Shown piece after piece: positions 43,668 through 52,589 of a DNA stretch of 64,000 bases (the first letter of the stretch is position 1; every line of letters starts with the position of its first letter). Below the pieces are notes generated by a model that saw nothing but the letters and a program-made list of their open reading frames with translations, did no database searches and was not told the DNA's origin. The position numbers and the translations under genes were made by a program. The DNA comes from Anaerolineae bacterium. Its GTDB lineage: Bacteria > Chloroflexota > Anaerolineae > Aggregatilineales > UBA3940. Where the stretch lies: assembly GCA_050288085.1 (NCBI GenBank), contig JBNKDD010000001.1, positions 15,728 through 79,727 of the forward strand, read 5' to 3'.

Positions 43668-44501
43668 ATGACGACATCTGAATGGTTAATTGAAACACGT
43701 AATCTCACCCGTGTTTATGGGAACGGGGTGGAAATCCGGGCGTTGGATGATGTCTCTATCACTATCGCACATGGTGACCTGGTGGCGATTATGGGACCGA
43801 GTGGCAGCGGCAAGAGTACCCTGTTAAATATGCTCGGTGCACTGGACAAGCCAACCAGCGGACAGGTCTTAATCGAAGGAAAAGACCTGGCAGATATTAA
43901 AGACAAGGATTCCTTCCGGGCCAAGTCGGTTGGTTTTATCTTCCAACTCCATAACCTGATCCCAACGCTGACCGCCCGCGAGAACGTCGAAGTCCCGATG
44001 ATGGGATATGCTGGTTCCCGTGCCCGGCACAAACGCTCGAAAGAACTGCTTGATCTGGTCGGGTTGGGTGATCGTATGAAACATCTACCAAACCAGCTTT
44101 CCGGCGGGCAGCGTCAGCGGGTGGCCGTAGCGCGGGCGCTCGCGAATAATCCGCATCTGGTGCTGGCCGACGAACCAACTGGCAGCCTGGATACCGCCGC
44201 CGGGCAGGATTTAATGCGCCTGCTCCGGGAATTGAATCAAAGCCAGGGTACGACCTTTGTGATCGTCACACATGACCCGGCTGTTGCCCGCCTGACCGAC
44301 CGGGTACTGGTCATGGCCGATGGACGCATCGAGCGTGAGGATATTGTCGGAACGCCTCTCGAAGAAGACTTGAAGGTCTTCCGCCACTCCGATCTGGGGC
44401 ATGAGCTTTTATCGAGTGAAAAGGTAGAGTTAAATGGCCTCCAGCTCTCCGATCAACAGGTGGGTGTGCTGCGAACCCTGCTCGATACGGTTACACACTA
44501 G
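43668..44501 (+). CDS. ABC transporter ATP-binding protein (MacB/LolD type)
   Basis: [24 protein letters not shown] and LVLADEPTGSLD. Confidence 0.9.
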   Translation: MTTSEWLIETRNLTRVYGNGVEIRALDDVSITIAHGDLVAIMGPSGSGKSTLLNMLGALDKPTSGQVLIEGKDLADIKDKDSFRAKSVGFIFQLHNLIPTLTARENVEVPMMGYAGSRARHKRSKELLDLVGLGDRMKHLPNQLSGGQRQRVAVARALANNPHLVLADEPTGSLDTAAGQDLMRLLRELNQSQGTTFVIVTHDPAVARLTDRVLVMADGRIEREDIVGTPLEEDLKVFRHSDLGHELLSSEKVELNGLQLSDQQVGVLRTLLDTVTH

Positions 44502-44534
44502 ACGATCCTATTTATAGATAAGCCGATACGCTTA

Positions 44535-44563
44535 GCCCCGGTGACATATCATCGGGGCTTTTT
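44535..44563 (+). terminator. rho-independent terminator
   Basis: GCCCCG...CGGGGC stem followed by TTTTT. Confidence 0.8.
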
Positions 44564-44712
44564 GATTGACATCTGTATGATATATCATGGCGATTGTGTA
44601 GAGGCTGGACTATAATGCTATTATAGTGTAGGTGGCAGATCAATCACCTATAAGAAGGGAGGCTGCGCCAGGTTTCTGCCTGACTCACGACATTTCTCCG
44701 GCGCAAGATTTC

Positions 44713-45252
44713 ATGAACCTATGGCATGAATTACCCCCAGGACCCAGATCACCTGATGTGGTCTATACAATTGTTGAAATCCCAAAGGGTAGTCGCAATA
44801 AGTACGAGTATCATAAGCAGGCTGGCATTCTCAAACTTGACCGGGTTTTGTACTCTTCGCTTTACTACCCAGGCGACTATGGTCTGATTCCTCGCACTTA
44901 TTATGATGATGGTGATCCCCTTGATATTCTGGTAATGATCAACGAGCCGACTTTTCCCTTATGTGTGATCGAAGCCCGCCCGATTGGTCTATTCCGTATG
45001 ATGGACCGAGATCAACCTGACGATAAGGTGCTGGCTGTGCCAGACAAAGACCCGTTGTATCGCGATTATCACGACGTCTCCGATATTCCCCAGCACTTTT
45101 TGCAGGAAGTTGCCCATTTCTTCTCGGTGTATAAAGACCTGGAAGGAGCCCGTGTCGAGCCGATTGGGTGGGAAGACGCTAAAGCCGCGAGAGAAAAAAT
45201 TGAGTACGCGGTTCGTCTTTACCAGTCCACTTTCCAACCGCCGACTCTGTAG
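44713..45252 (+). CDS. ppa: inorganic pyrophosphatase (family I)
   Basis: VEIPKGSRNKYEY and DGDPLDILV. Start set to ATG 44713 (MNLWHELPPGP), which is typical of PPase N-termini. The ORF track starts at GTG 44632. Confidence 0.9.
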   Translation: MNLWHELPPGPRSPDVVYTIVEIPKGSRNKYEYHKQAGILKLDRVLYSSLYYPGDYGLIPRTYYDDGDPLDILVMINEPTFPLCVIEARPIGLFRMMDRDQPDDKVLAVPDKDPLYRDYHDVSDIPQHFLQEVAHFFSVYKDLEGARVEPIGWEDAKAAREKIEYAVRLYQSTFQPPTL

Positions 45253-45269
45253 CGGGGAGGAGTGTACCA

Positions 45270-45659
45270 ATGTCATCTCAGCAAGCCCTCATTCTGATTA
45301 TCGAGGATAATGCAGACAACCGTACCCTGATCAGAGACCTGTTGGGGGCGATGGACTATGTTGTCATTGAGGCAACGGATGGGGTAGAAGGTATTGAGAA
45401 GGCATTTGAAAAAGCTCCTGACCTGATCTTGATGGACCTTTCTTTGCCACGTAAAGATGGTTGGACTGCAACTCGTGAACTCAAAGCTCACCCGGATGTT
45501 TCACATATACCCATCATTGCGTTGACGGCACATGCTATGGTTGGTGATCGGGAGCGTGCACTGGAGGCAGGCTGTGACGATTACGTTTCTAAGCCGATCA
45601 ATCTAAGCGAACTCCTGGAGAAAATCCAACGGCTCTTGATCAATTTGCCGCCTTCATAA
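45270..45659 (+). CDS. single-domain response regulator (CheY-like)
   Basis: IEDNADN, the LILMDLSLP phospho-Asp site, ALTA and SKP. Confidence 0.9.
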   Translation: MSSQQALILIIEDNADNRTLIRDLLGAMDYVVIEATDGVEGIEKAFEKAPDLILMDLSLPRKDGWTATRELKAHPDVSHIPIIALTAHAMVGDRERALEAGCDDYVSKPINLSELLEKIQRLLINLPPS

Positions 45660-45671
45660 GGATTGGTATCT

Positions 45672-46712
45672 GTGAAAATCCTGGTTGCCGAAGACAATGA
45701 AGACAGCCGCTTATTAGTGCTGGATATCCTGAACATGATGGGACATGAGGCTGCGGGAGCCAAGAATGGTCAGCAGGCATTATCCCTCGCCCAAGAAGAA
45801 ACTCCCGATTTGATCATTCTTGATGTCAACATGCCCATTATGAGCGGCTTTGAGGCATTGGAACATATCAAAGCCGACGTCAAGCTGGCAGATATCCCGG
45901 TCTTGATGCTCACTGCACAGAGCGGAATCGATGATCGGGTGCAGGGGCTGGGGTTAGGAGCCGATGATTACATCACCAAGCCGTTCAGCCCCCGCGAGTT
46001 GATGGCGCGTGTGGATGCTCGGCTGAGGGCTAAACAAGCCTCTGATGATCTGCGGGCGGCCAGGGATCACATCCTGAATACCTTTGAGCGCTATGTTGCT
46101 CCTTCTGTGGTTGAAAAACTGGTTGCCGATCCTACCAGTGTTCAATTAGGCGGGCAGTTGCAGGAAGTAACGGCCTTTTTTGCCGACCTGGAGGGATTCA
46201 CAGGGCTGTCCGAAAATACTGAACCGGCTCAACTCCTCGATATCCTTAACGGGTATCTGTCTGTGGTCACAGAGGCGATTATCTCCAATGAGGGAACCCT
46301 GGATAAATTCCTGGGTGATGGCGTGATGGCTCTGTTTAATACGCCGCTGCAAATTCCGAATCACGCTTTGGCGGCTGTACAGGCGGCAATGGATGCGCAG
46401 ATTCGCGTCGAAGCATATCATCAAAGTCTAGATCCAAAGTTTCACCTGAAATTTCGTATTGGTATACACACCGGTCATGCCATTGTCGGCAATGTTGGCG
46501 CGGCACAGATTCATGATTACACAGCCATCGGCGATACGATCAACACCGCTGCCCGGATTGAGCAAAGCGGTCAAGGTGGTCAGGTATTGATCAGCGAGAC
46601 GACTTACGAGCTGGTCAAAGAAGCCGTTATTGCCGAGCAGCTTGGTGCACGTCAGGTCAGAGGGCGCAGTGAACCGGTTGTTGTTTACCAGATCGGAGGC
46701 TTGAGGATATGA
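45672..46712 (+). CDS. response regulator fused to a class III adenylate/guanylate cyclase
   Basis: Receiver motifs (LIILDVNMP, LTA, TKPF). Cyclase motifs VTAFFADLEGFTGLSE, LGDGVMALFNTP and YTAIGDTINTAARIE. Start moved to GTG 45672 (AAGGA SD 9 nt upstream). Confidence 0.85.
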   Translation: MKILVAEDNEDSRLLVLDILNMMGHEAAGAKNGQQALSLAQEETPDLIILDVNMPIMSGFEALEHIKADVKLADIPVLMLTAQSGIDDRVQGLGLGADDYITKPFSPRELMARVDARLRAKQASDDLRAARDHILNTFERYVAPSVVEKLVADPTSVQLGGQLQEVTAFFADLEGFTGLSENTEPAQLLDILNGYLSVVTEAIISNEGTLDKFLGDGVMALFNTPLQIPNHALAAVQAAMDAQIRVEAYHQSLDPKFHLKFRIGIHTGHAIVGNVGAAQIHDYTAIGDTINTAARIEQSGQGGQVLISETTYELVKEAVIAEQLGARQVRGRSEPVVVYQIGGLRI

Positions 46713-47854
46713 CGAAAGAGACCAGTGTCCTGGTCGTAGCCGACTCGACCGAGATAGCCAATCATCTGGGGAAAAAACTCCTTCCCCAGGCTGGCTATAA
46801 TGCTGTTATTGGGGATGCTTTTACTGTTCCCCCTCCTTGCGATGCGATCCTGGCTCACATCACCCGGCTTCGGGGGGACCCTTTTGGACCATTAAATACC
46901 CAGCGCCGGTTGGGATGTGATGCCCCGGCTATTTTGTACGCCCCCCGGATTACCGGCGAGATGGGAACTCAGCTCTTTACGGTCGGAATTCGCAATTTCG
47001 TGAGCACACCGCTTGATGACGCGGGTTTGCTTGAGAGTCTGGGAAAATTTATCACTTCTATCAAAGCGGAAAAAGGGCAGGCTGAGGTCAGTCAGCGCCT
47101 TGAACAGGCTCAGGTGCTCCTTGCACGGCGGCTTAACGAAATGAACACCTTATCTCGGATTGGCCGGGTCATCACTAACGTGACCGATATTGATTCCTTG
47201 CTGTCACGGATTGTCGAAGCGGCTGTGTTTCTAACACATGCTGAAGAGGGCGCGATCTTCTTACTGGAAAAGGACAGCGACGCTCTGATTTTGAGGGCTG
47301 AAAAAGGGTTCGATACCAAAAAGGCGGAAGTTATCCGGCGGCCATCATCGGACTCAGATGCCGTGCAGGTTGCCCGCACCGGCAAGCCGATCATGAAAAG
47401 CGGTGATTCTGAGCACAAGCTCAAGACTGGCTACCTGGTACGTGCCCTGATTAATGTACCGATCTTCATTGATAAGAAGGTAGTCGGGGTGCTGGCGGTG
47501 TATCATCATGGCATGAAATCCTCGTTCACCGATCCCGATATGGCGGTGCTGTCAAATCTGGCCGACTATGCAGCTATTGCACTTGACAAGGTCAATTTGC
47601 TGGACGAACAGAAGGCGCGCTTTGATACCATGCTGGAGTCATCCCGCAAGGTGGCTTTACATGCCAAGACGCTCAATGGGCCGGTTGAGGGTATCGATGG
47701 GCAGATAGCCTTGCTGCTTTCCGGTTCAACCGGGGATCTGAATGAAAAACAACGGTCGGCAGTGACACGCATCCGGCAGGCGACCATGCGCTTACAGGAA
47801 ATTGTCGGATTCATCGAACAAGAGATGAAGTCTGATACTCATGCGGCTAGCTAA
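46709..47854 (+). CDS. degenerate receiver, GAF domain and DHp-like helix protein (no HATPase)
   Basis: The N-terminal CheY-like fold lacks the acceptor Asp and Lys by eye. A central GAF-like region is present (NVPIFIDKKVVGVLAVY). The C-terminal H-box-like motif is LHAKTLNGPVEGIDGQIALL. The protein ends about 70 aa later without N/G boxes. Confidence 0.6.
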   Translation: MTKETSVLVVADSTEIANHLGKKLLPQAGYNAVIGDAFTVPPPCDAILAHITRLRGDPFGPLNTQRRLGCDAPAILYAPRITGEMGTQLFTVGIRNFVSTPLDDAGLLESLGKFITSIKAEKGQAEVSQRLEQAQVLLARRLNEMNTLSRIGRVITNVTDIDSLLSRIVEAAVFLTHAEEGAIFLLEKDSDALILRAEKGFDTKKAEVIRRPSSDSDAVQVARTGKPIMKSGDSEHKLKTGYLVRALINVPIFIDKKVVGVLAVYHHGMKSSFTDPDMAVLSNLADYAAIALDKVNLLDEQKARFDTMLESSRKVALHAKTLNGPVEGIDGQIALLLSGSTGDLNEKQRSAVTRIRQATMRLQEIVGFIEQEMKSDTHAAS

Positions 47855-48938
47855 TCTTCTATTTGGCGCAGCCTGTTTATTGACGCTGGCGGCCTGTTCT
47901 ACCGGTGTCCCTGCTGTTTCTCCAACTTTAACGGCACAGCCCACGCCAACCCCTCCGGTTGATGAATGGCTGCGCGATGCTTATCAGGTAGCCGATCCTA
48001 CTACACGAAAGATTGGGGTACTGTCTGCAACTGAAGCCTATCTACAAGACCCGGCGCGCGCTGAATTAAACAATGAACAACTCTCTATAGACTATTCTGA
48101 GATTGCTTTTTCTTCCGGTGTCCTGGTATTCCCCAATCCGGCTTTTATACACCGGCATGTTCAGATGGCTGTCGTATCGCTGCCGGATGGCCTGGGCATG
48201 GTGCTATTTGATCTACAATCGGGCACGATCCTTGAACTTACCCCCTGGGCGGTGGGGGTCAATGCCTTCCAGACTTATTGGGAGCAGGATGAGGTTGCGG
48301 TGCATTACACCACCCTCGGCAGTGATGGGATCGTTCGTGTTCACTACATACTGGCGGGCAAGGTCGAGTCAACGTGGCAGGTGATGTGGAATGGGGATGA
48401 GGCCGCTGATTGGTGGTTAAATGCCTGGGGCGGCACATTAAATGTTGAGTCGAACCTGTCGCGGTTGGTATTGGTTGGCGGTGCACGCAATACCAGCCCG
48501 GCATTCATTGAAGAGAACGACAATGCTCCCCGCCGGATATTTAAGACAACCTGGGTCCGGGAGGAGAATCAATACGCTCTATCGCCCCCAATTGAGACAG
48601 ATCGCCAGATCTGGTTATGGCAGGCAGCTGAACCATCCGCCTATGCCACACTGGTCGAGTTTATTGAACGGCTGTGGGATGGTGATGAAACGGGCGCAGC
48701 CCAACTGACCGCCGATGGATCGGTGCTGACCGCTGCCACTAACTTTGGATTGGACTTGCCGGGCCGGCAGTTCCGGGTTTCCGCTTATAATGACAGCACT
48801 ATTGTTTTTTATGATCGCCAGGGTTCGTTTGTCGTAACCTTCAAATCCCCTGAGTCCGAGGGCGCAGACTGGCTAATTAAGAGTTTGAAACCTCTCGGCG
48901 CGGAGCCGCTCCCGCCTGATCTGGAACAGCTAGAGTGA
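47841..48938 (+). CDS. hypothetical lipoprotein
   Basis: Lipobox LLTLAACS. It overlaps the preceding gene by 14 nt. No recognisable domain. Confidence 0.55.
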   Translation: MRLANLLFGAACLLTLAACSTGVPAVSPTLTAQPTPTPPVDEWLRDAYQVADPTTRKIGVLSATEAYLQDPARAELNNEQLSIDYSEIAFSSGVLVFPNPAFIHRHVQMAVVSLPDGLGMVLFDLQSGTILELTPWAVGVNAFQTYWEQDEVAVHYTTLGSDGIVRVHYILAGKVESTWQVMWNGDEAADWWLNAWGGTLNVESNLSRLVLVGGARNTSPAFIEENDNAPRRIFKTTWVREENQYALSPPIETDRQIWLWQAAEPSAYATLVEFIERLWDGDETGAAQLTADGSVLTAATNFGLDLPGRQFRVSAYNDSTIVFYDRQGSFVVTFKSPESEGADWLIKSLKPLGAEPLPPDLEQLE

Positions 48939-48954
48939 GCTGCAATGTTAGCTC

Positions 48955-49626
48955 TTAGCTGTCCGATCCGGTTTGAGGGGCGGTCCAGGTATATCGAAGA
49001 TCGACGGCGGGAAGAGACTCGACCGCGGCAGTCAAGTCTTCGAGGGGGACTCCTTCAACCTGCATGGTGAAATTGAGGCGATCGGGGCTCTCTGCCGGAT
49101 GAGATGCCAGCGACAGGATGTTGCCACCAACTTTTGCTACCTGTGCTGTCAGTGCCGCAATCTGCCCCGGTTTGTTATCCACCTGAACGCTTAACCGGAT
49201 CGCTTTGCCGCCGCCGCCCAACATCTGGGCAAAAGTCTTGAAGATGTCGGAATCGGTGATGATGCCTACCAGGCGTTCGTCTTCAACCACTGGCAAAGAA
49301 CCAAACCGGTATTCGAGCATCATCTGTGCAGCCTCTTCGATGGGGTAATCCGGCGGGATGGTGATCACCGCGCGTTTCATAATCTCGCCCACATGGACTA
49401 AGACGCCATGCCCCTTCTGAAAAGCATGCTGTTTGGAGCGGGGTGAATCGGCGGCTTCCAACCGGTACAACTCATGGCTTGAAATGAGTCCTACCAGCCT
49501 CCCCTCGTCATCGACCACCGGCAGACGGCGGAAATTTCCAGCTCTCATCAGAGCAATGGCTGCCAGATAATCACTGTCGGGCCGAATAGTAATCGGTTGT
49601 TTCGTCATCACTTCGCGCACTAGCAT
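48955..49626 (-). CDS. CBS-pair plus ACT domain protein (AcuB-like)
   Basis: Two CBS motifs (VMTKQPITI.., RRLPVVDDEGRLVGLIS; GSLPVVEDERLVGIIT). The C-terminal part is ACT-like. Confidence 0.8.
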   Translation of the reverse strand: MLVREVMTKQPITIRPDSDYLAAIALMRAGNFRRLPVVDDEGRLVGLISSHELYRLEAADSPRSKQHAFQKGHGVLVHVGEIMKRAVITIPPDYPIEEAAQMMLEYRFGSLPVVEDERLVGIITDSDIFKTFAQMLGGGGKAIRLSVQVDNKPGQIAALTAQVAKVGGNILSLASHPAESPDRLNFTMQVEGVPLEDLTAAVESLPAVDLRYTWTAPQTGSDS

Positions 49627-49714
49627 GGTTTACCCCCCGATGAACCTGTAGAGCGTCTGATTTTTTTTCTTTTCGTCCTGTCTAGCAATTAAACCATCCT
49701 TCCTTCAATCAAAT

Positions 49715-49730
49715 AGTGACGTTGGTCACA
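49715..49730. promoter_or_regulatory. CRP/FNR-family-type palindrome
   Basis: AGTGA-CGTTGG-TCACA matches 9 of 10 positions of TGTGA-N6-TCACA. The core GTGAC-GTTG-GTCAC is a perfect palindrome. It lies between the divergent CBS gene and the hydrogenase operon. Confidence 0.45.
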
Positions 49731-49908
49731 ATAATATGATGATTTGTAACAATGTTCATCTATTCTCAAAACTGTACACTTTAAGCGGTTGAGAGTCTAC
49801 CTCGATAACTATATTTTCAGGCAGCATCTCACCAAATGATGGGACCATAACAGTGTGTCCTCCATCACGTTATTACAAGGAACTATCAATCGACAGGGAA
49901 CTAAGACC

Positions 49909-50970
49909 ATGAGCTTTAAAGTACTGCCAAAGACGGGGTTGGCTCCCTGGGTAGAACAAATGCTCAACGGCCACCGCGTCGTTGGCCCCAAACCTCTTGG
50001 GGATCGGTTCATGTTTGGCGAGATCAGCTCCCCAGATGAACTGGATTTGTCTTACCCAACCACCATTCTCCCGCCTAAGAAGTTTTTATTCCCCCAACAT
50101 GAAGAACTTTTCAAGTTTGACATGGGGGAGGGAAAAGTCGAGGCTGTGATTGAGGCCGAGCCGACTATCCTGTTGGGTGTCCACACCTGCGACCTACACG
50201 CACTCAGGCTGTTGGACACAGTATTCCATACCGGTTATGCTGACCAACACTATATAGCCCGGCGCGAACAGACCATCATGATCAGTCTGGAGTGCCTCTC
50301 TCCCTGCACCGAGCACTCATTCTGCAAAAGTATGGGAACGCTCAGTGTAACCGAAGGTTATGACCTCCACCTGACCGATATGGGTGACACCTACGCCATC
50401 GACATTGGGACCGAAAAAGGTGCCAAGCTGCTCGAAGGGGTTGAGGGCCTGCGGGATGCAACCGACGAGGATTACCAGCATCTCAACCACACCTTGAGTG
50501 AAAAGTGGCCGCGCTTCCCCTACAAGCTGGACTTCGATATTTCTGACCTGTCCAGCCTGCTCTCGGTTAGTTATGACAGCGATCTGTGGGAAGAGATTGG
50601 TGACAAGTGCATGGCCTGTGGCTCCTGTACTGCTGTCTGCCCCACCTGCTACTGCTTCAATGTTTCGGATGAAGTTGATTTCACCCTCAGCGCAGGCCGC
50701 CGCTATCGCGAATGGGATCACTGCACACTGCAAGATTTCGCAGTTGTCGCTGGTGGGCACAATTTCCGCGAGATGAATGGTGCCCGCCAACGCCATCGTT
50801 TCTTCCGTAAGGGTAAATACCAGATGGACGGGCGCGGCATGGTTGGCTGCGTGGGCTGTGGGCGCTGTGGTGAAGCCTGCCTGGTAAATATTAACCCGGT
50901 GGACACCTATAATGAGCTTGCTCGCCGCCAAATTCCGATGAGCAAACGGCGTTTGGAGACAAAAGCATGA
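49909..50970 (+). CDS. hydB: group 3b NiFe hydrogenase beta subunit (4Fe-4S; AsrA/HydB-like)
   Basis: Cys clusters CMACGSCTAVCPTCYC and CVGCGRCGEAC. Start moved to ATG 49909 (MSFKVLPKTG). Confidence 0.8.
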   Translation: MSFKVLPKTGLAPWVEQMLNGHRVVGPKPLGDRFMFGEISSPDELDLSYPTTILPPKKFLFPQHEELFKFDMGEGKVEAVIEAEPTILLGVHTCDLHALRLLDTVFHTGYADQHYIARREQTIMISLECLSPCTEHSFCKSMGTLSVTEGYDLHLTDMGDTYAIDIGTEKGAKLLEGVEGLRDATDEDYQHLNHTLSEKWPRFPYKLDFDISDLSSLLSVSYDSDLWEEIGDKCMACGSCTAVCPTCYCFNVSDEVDFTLSAGRRYREWDHCTLQDFAVVAGGHNFREMNGARQRHRFFRKGKYQMDGRGMVGCVGCGRCGEACLVNINPVDTYNELARRQIPMSKRRLETKA

Positions 50971-51818
50971 GTACATTATTAAGCGAAGAACTCGAACAAA
51001 CCTCGATCTATCTCCCGGTTCCGGCAGAGATTGTCGATGTACAGACCATGACTTCTATGGAGAAGCTGTTCAAGGTCAGGCTCCCCGACGGGATGTCGTT
51101 AGGACATGAACCGGGACAGTTTGTAGAACTCTCCTTATTTGGTATTGGCGAAGCGCCGATCAGCATTTCTTCATCGCCCAGCCGGAGCAACGGCGAGTTT
51201 GAATTGTGCGTACGCCGTGCCGGGGATATGACCAAAGCCTTGCATACATTGGAGGCAGGTACAAAAGTCGGTATCCGTGGCCCCTTTGGTCGCCCATTCC
51301 CCCTCAAGTCCTTCCAGGGCAAAGATGTCCTGTTTGCTGTTGGTGGGTTGGGACTGGCCCCCGCTCGTTCGTTGATCAACCAGATGCTCGACGAGCGCGG
51401 TAAGTATGGCAGGATCAAAATCTTATACGGTGCCCGTACCCCCAATGACCTGTTATTCACTGATGAACTGAAAACATGGGATAAGCGTTCCGACGTAGAC
51501 CTGCTGCTCACAGTTGATAATCCGGCAGAAGGTTGGGACGGCAATGTAGGCGTGATCACCACGCTGTTCCCACAGATTCAGGTTTATGCCCGTAACACGG
51601 TCGCTATCGTGATCGGCCCACCTGTGATGTACCGCTTTGTCCTGATGGAAGTGCTGGGCAAGGGAATCCCGGAGGGCAACATCTGGTTCAGCTTCGAGCG
51701 CCGGATGAAATGCGGGGTTGGTAAGTGTGGTCACTGCCAGATGAACCATGTGTATGTCTGCCAGAGCGGCCCGTCATTCGCGTTCAACGAGATTAAGCAT
51801 TTAGAGGAGGCGCTCTAA
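50967..51818 (+). CDS. hydG: group 3b NiFe hydrogenase gamma subunit (FAD/NAD(P)-binding, 2Fe-2S)
   Basis: Ferredoxin-reductase-like fold (GEAPISISS, FAVGGLGLAP). C-terminal CGVGKCGHCQ..C. ATGA overlap with hydB. Confidence 0.85.
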   Translation: MSTLLSEELEQTSIYLPVPAEIVDVQTMTSMEKLFKVRLPDGMSLGHEPGQFVELSLFGIGEAPISISSSPSRSNGEFELCVRRAGDMTKALHTLEAGTKVGIRGPFGRPFPLKSFQGKDVLFAVGGLGLAPARSLINQMLDERGKYGRIKILYGARTPNDLLFTDELKTWDKRSDVDLLLTVDNPAEGWDGNVGVITTLFPQIQVYARNTVAIVIGPPVMYRFVLMEVLGKGIPEGNIWFSFERRMKCGVGKCGHCQMNHVYVCQSGPSFAFNEIKHLEEAL

Positions 51819-52585
51819 TGTCTGACGCAAAACCTAAAGTCGCCTTCTTCGACTTCACCTGCTGCGAAGGCTGCCAGTTGACGGTCGTCGATTCCCTGCA
51901 AGACCATGTCGAACTGCTGGATGCTATCGAGATCGTTAACTTCCGTGAGGCCATGAGTGAAAAGGGCGAGGATTACCTGATCGCTTTTGTAGAGGGATCA
52001 TGCTCACGCCCTGCTGATGAGGAGCGTCTGCGCAAGATCCGGGACCAGGCCGCGATCCTGGTTGCATTAGGAACCTGTGCCCACCTGGGTGGTGTTAACA
52101 CCGTCCGCAACTGGCAGGACCTCGAAGATGTTCGTAAGTACGTCTATGGTGATAAAGCCAATTGGTACGATACCTACCCGGCCCGCCCGATTGACCAGGT
52201 TGTGAAGGTCGATGCGGTTGTGCCCGGCTGCCCGATTGATCCGGAAGAATTCATCAAGATCGTCAAGCAAATGCTGCAAGGCCGTATGCCGGTTATTGCT
52301 GATAACCCGATGTGTGTTGAGTGCAAGATGAAAGAAAACGTCTGCCTCTACGAACAGGGTAAGGTTTGCCTGGGCCCGATTACCCAGGCCGGATGCGGCG
52401 TCCGCTGCCCAACCTACGGCAATTCCTGCGAAGGCTGCCGGGGCATGATCGCCGAGCCAAATATTGCCTCGATGCGGCAAGTCATGAAAGAACACGGTAT
52501 CAGCGACGAAGATATTAACGCAAAGTTAAGCCTGTTCCTGAGCTATCAGATGATGGAACTGGAGAAGGCCGGGGAGGAGGCATAA
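51818..52585 (+). CDS. hydD: group 3b NiFe hydrogenase delta (small) subunit
   Basis: FDFTCCEGCQ proximal cluster motif, GTCA, and a C-terminal Cys-rich region. TAATG overlap with hydG. Confidence 0.85.
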   Translation: MSDAKPKVAFFDFTCCEGCQLTVVDSLQDHVELLDAIEIVNFREAMSEKGEDYLIAFVEGSCSRPADEERLRKIRDQAAILVALGTCAHLGGVNTVRNWQDLEDVRKYVYGDKANWYDTYPARPIDQVVKVDAVVPGCPIDPEEFIKIVKQMLQGRMPVIADNPMCVECKMKENVCLYEQGKVCLGPITQAGCGVRCPTYGNSCEGCRGMIAEPNIASMRQVMKEHGISDEDINAKLSLFLSYQMMELEKAGEEA

Positions 52586-52589
52586 CGTT

